Assembly: GCF_006345805.1 (NCBI RefSeq)
Contig: NC_043004.1
Location: forward strand, 95,914,001-95,978,000
DNA: 64,000 bases
Direction: 5' to 3'
Origin: Octopus sinensis
Taxonomy: Eukaryota
The notes beneath the pieces were generated by a model. It ran no database searches. It was not told where the DNA came from and was given only the letters and a program-made list of their open reading frames with translations. Of the stretch, positions 61,601-64,000 are shown one piece after another. The translations under genes and the position numbers were made by a program. How positions within the stretch are numbered: the stretch's first letter is position 1; each line of letters begins with the position of its first letter.

Positions 61601-62157
61601 GAGTGAGAGAGCAGAGCATGCCATCAAAGTGACACAGGGATAAAATATATGAAGCCCTAGTATACCCATCATGACTACCCGTCTGATAAGGGTACACTAG
61701 GCACATGCATCACAACCATATGTGTGCGACATGGTGATCTCATATCAAGATAAACAGCACATGACCTTGCAAATGGGGTCCACTTAGAATTTTCTTCTGG
61801 TCGAGTAGCCCATCGCACTCAAAAGGTCCCTGAATAAGGGTTGTTTAAGGATGTTGAATGAAACACCCATGTTTCCAGAGGTGAATTATTCAAACTCCAA
61901 AGAATTCCTCTGAAAACATGGGTATGATGCTCCCCCACTACTTCTGCTCGTGATCAGGTATGCACATATCGTTAGCCACCAAAGGACATGTTCAAATGTT
62001 TAAGGTCAAACAACTGACAAGCAAATCTGTGGTATTGAGCAATATATTTGCTGTAGCCCTTCTAATATAACTAAGACAAAACAATGTATGTGATAACACT
62101 TCCAGTCAGTAAAGATCAGAAGCCATGAGAGCCACTGCCTGGTACTGCATCAGAGCA
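61601..62157. mobile_element. ~550-bp non-coding interspersed element, copy 2
   Basis: Begins after ATTATTATT at the end of a family A SINE and ends before (CCT)/(CAT)n. Confidence 0.8.
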
Positions 62158-63079
62158 TCCTCCTCCTCCTCCTCCTCATCATCATCATCATCATCGTCAT
62201 CATCATCATTATCATTATTCTGATGGCTATTTCTAACAGGACAAGTGACAATGTAGTGCCACAATCCAATGAAGAAACCTTTACATGGATACTCGAATTG
62301 TTAGAAATAGCAGACAAATATCCTTCAAACTACATCTTACCATATTTTAAATATGACAAATTAGATAATGTAGTTCCAAGTTCCCTGCACTAAAGGAAAA
62401 AAAAGAAATGAAAAAAAAAAAGTACAGAATGGACATGGCTAGAATGTCCTTGAGCATAGATCTCCTTGATCAGTGTTGACCTGGGGCTAAATAATAACAG
62501 CTACCTAGTGCCTCGAGGTAGATTATATTAAATTTGTTTTGTTTAGTCTGACTAACTAAAAACATGTGCTACTCTTAATTCACAGTTGAATGGTTACTGT
62601 AAGGAAGGACATCTGGCTATAAAAATCAATTTGCTTCAGCAATATACAAATATTCCAATTTTCAAACTATATTATTATGGAAACCTTAATGTACAATAAT
62701 GTCTCACAGTGTGTATGGACGTGTATTTTTCTATACGTATTATATTCTATACATACACTTTACACACCTATTACACTAGTATAAATCATAAATATATGTG
62801 TGAGTATATGTATGTCATATTAACATGAGCCATGAATATAGATATCTGTATTTGTGATTATGTATGTATGTATGTATGTATGTATGTATGTATGTATGTA
62901 TGTATGCATGTGTGTGTGTGTGTGTAAGTTTATGCACCTACATATACATACATATGTATATCCAAATATATACACATTTATATGCATATGTATATATAGA
63001 GAGAGGTGTAGGTAGAGATATAAGTATATGTATATGTATGTGTGTAAATGCATATGCATATATTTATACATACATATGT

Positions 63080-63145
<66 letters not shown>

Positions 63146-63177
63146 TATAAATAAATATATATGTCTATATATATATG

Positions 63178-63209
<32 letters not shown>

Positions 63210-63268
63210 TACATATATATAAATAAATATATATGTCTATACACACATACACATATATATATATATAT

Positions 63269-63320
<52 letters not shown>

Positions 63321-63750
63321 GGAAAGAAAGACAGAGTTAGATAGATATAGATATATAGATAAATAGATAGATCAATAAATAGATAGATAGGAAGATGATA
63401 GACTGATATACAGAGAGATACATAGAGATATGTGTGTGTATGAATATATACGCACACACACACATATGTATATGTATGTTTTATGAATATAAGTATACAC
63501 TAAAACATATATATCTTATACTTGTTTGGTGGTATAGAAACTTTAGAATCTGCTCAAGAACTTAAGTAATACTATTATGAATAAAATACCCGACTCTCAT
63601 CATAAGAGGAGTTGATAACAAGATCAACATTCCAGCCTCCTCACCCACAAACACCACTAAATACATCATCAGATTGTACTGTGGGTTCCCAGGTGCTGTG
63701 AACATCAACATTAAGTCACCAGACATACAAAAAAGTCTGCAGTCTTACAG

Positions 63751-63867
63751 ACATTGCAAAACCATTTTAGGAGAGACAGAAATAAAAAAAAACACAACAA
63801 ACAAACAAGCAAAAGATACCTTAAAAATGGTAAAAAGTGGAAAAATAAAGGAAAGAAAATATCTGAG
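63751..63867 (+). other. Candidate exon ending in a consensus donor; start uncertain
   Basis: CTGAG|GTAAGT at 63867/63868. Possible acceptors TCTTACAG (63750) or TTCCCAG (63692). An in-exon AAAAATGG could start MVKSGKIKERKYL. Confidence 0.25.
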
Positions 63868-64000
63868 GTAAGTATGTATGTGTTTATGTTTGCGGGTTAA
63901 TAACAATCATAGATAATTCCAGATACTGTAGAGTGGAAATTGTGTTGGGTTTAAACACATATGGAAAGTTATCCTGGAATTTGAACTACCTAATAAAGCG

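Overview
This is AT-rich, repeat-saturated eukaryotic DNA. The SINE/LINE families and microsatellite load look like an octopus (coleoid cephalopod) intron or intergenic region; that organism call is an inference. No host gene could be identified, only a few low-confidence candidate exons. Almost all supplied ORFs are microsatellite translations or transposon fragments. Repeats present: tRNA-derived SINEs (my labels A, B, C), a 5'-truncated RTE LINE with an RT domain plus many RTE 3' tails, CR1, R4/Dong-type, CRE-type and Penelope-like (PLE) relics, mariner/Tc1/pogo remnants, TTAA (piggyBac-like) MITEs, Helentron-like non-autonomous elements, a 10 x 88-bp array built from a SINE head, and a 1236-bp tandem duplication. 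The main observation is about 16 type I minimal hammerhead-ribozyme-like motifs, on both strands and from many sequence families. Most have a palindromic helix III, the dimer-cleaving PLE/retrozyme type. Several sit in inverted pairs, one in a 364-bp retrozyme-like direct-repeat unit, and one in the tail of a tRNA-headed SINE. All folds and translations were done by eye and need computational confirmation.
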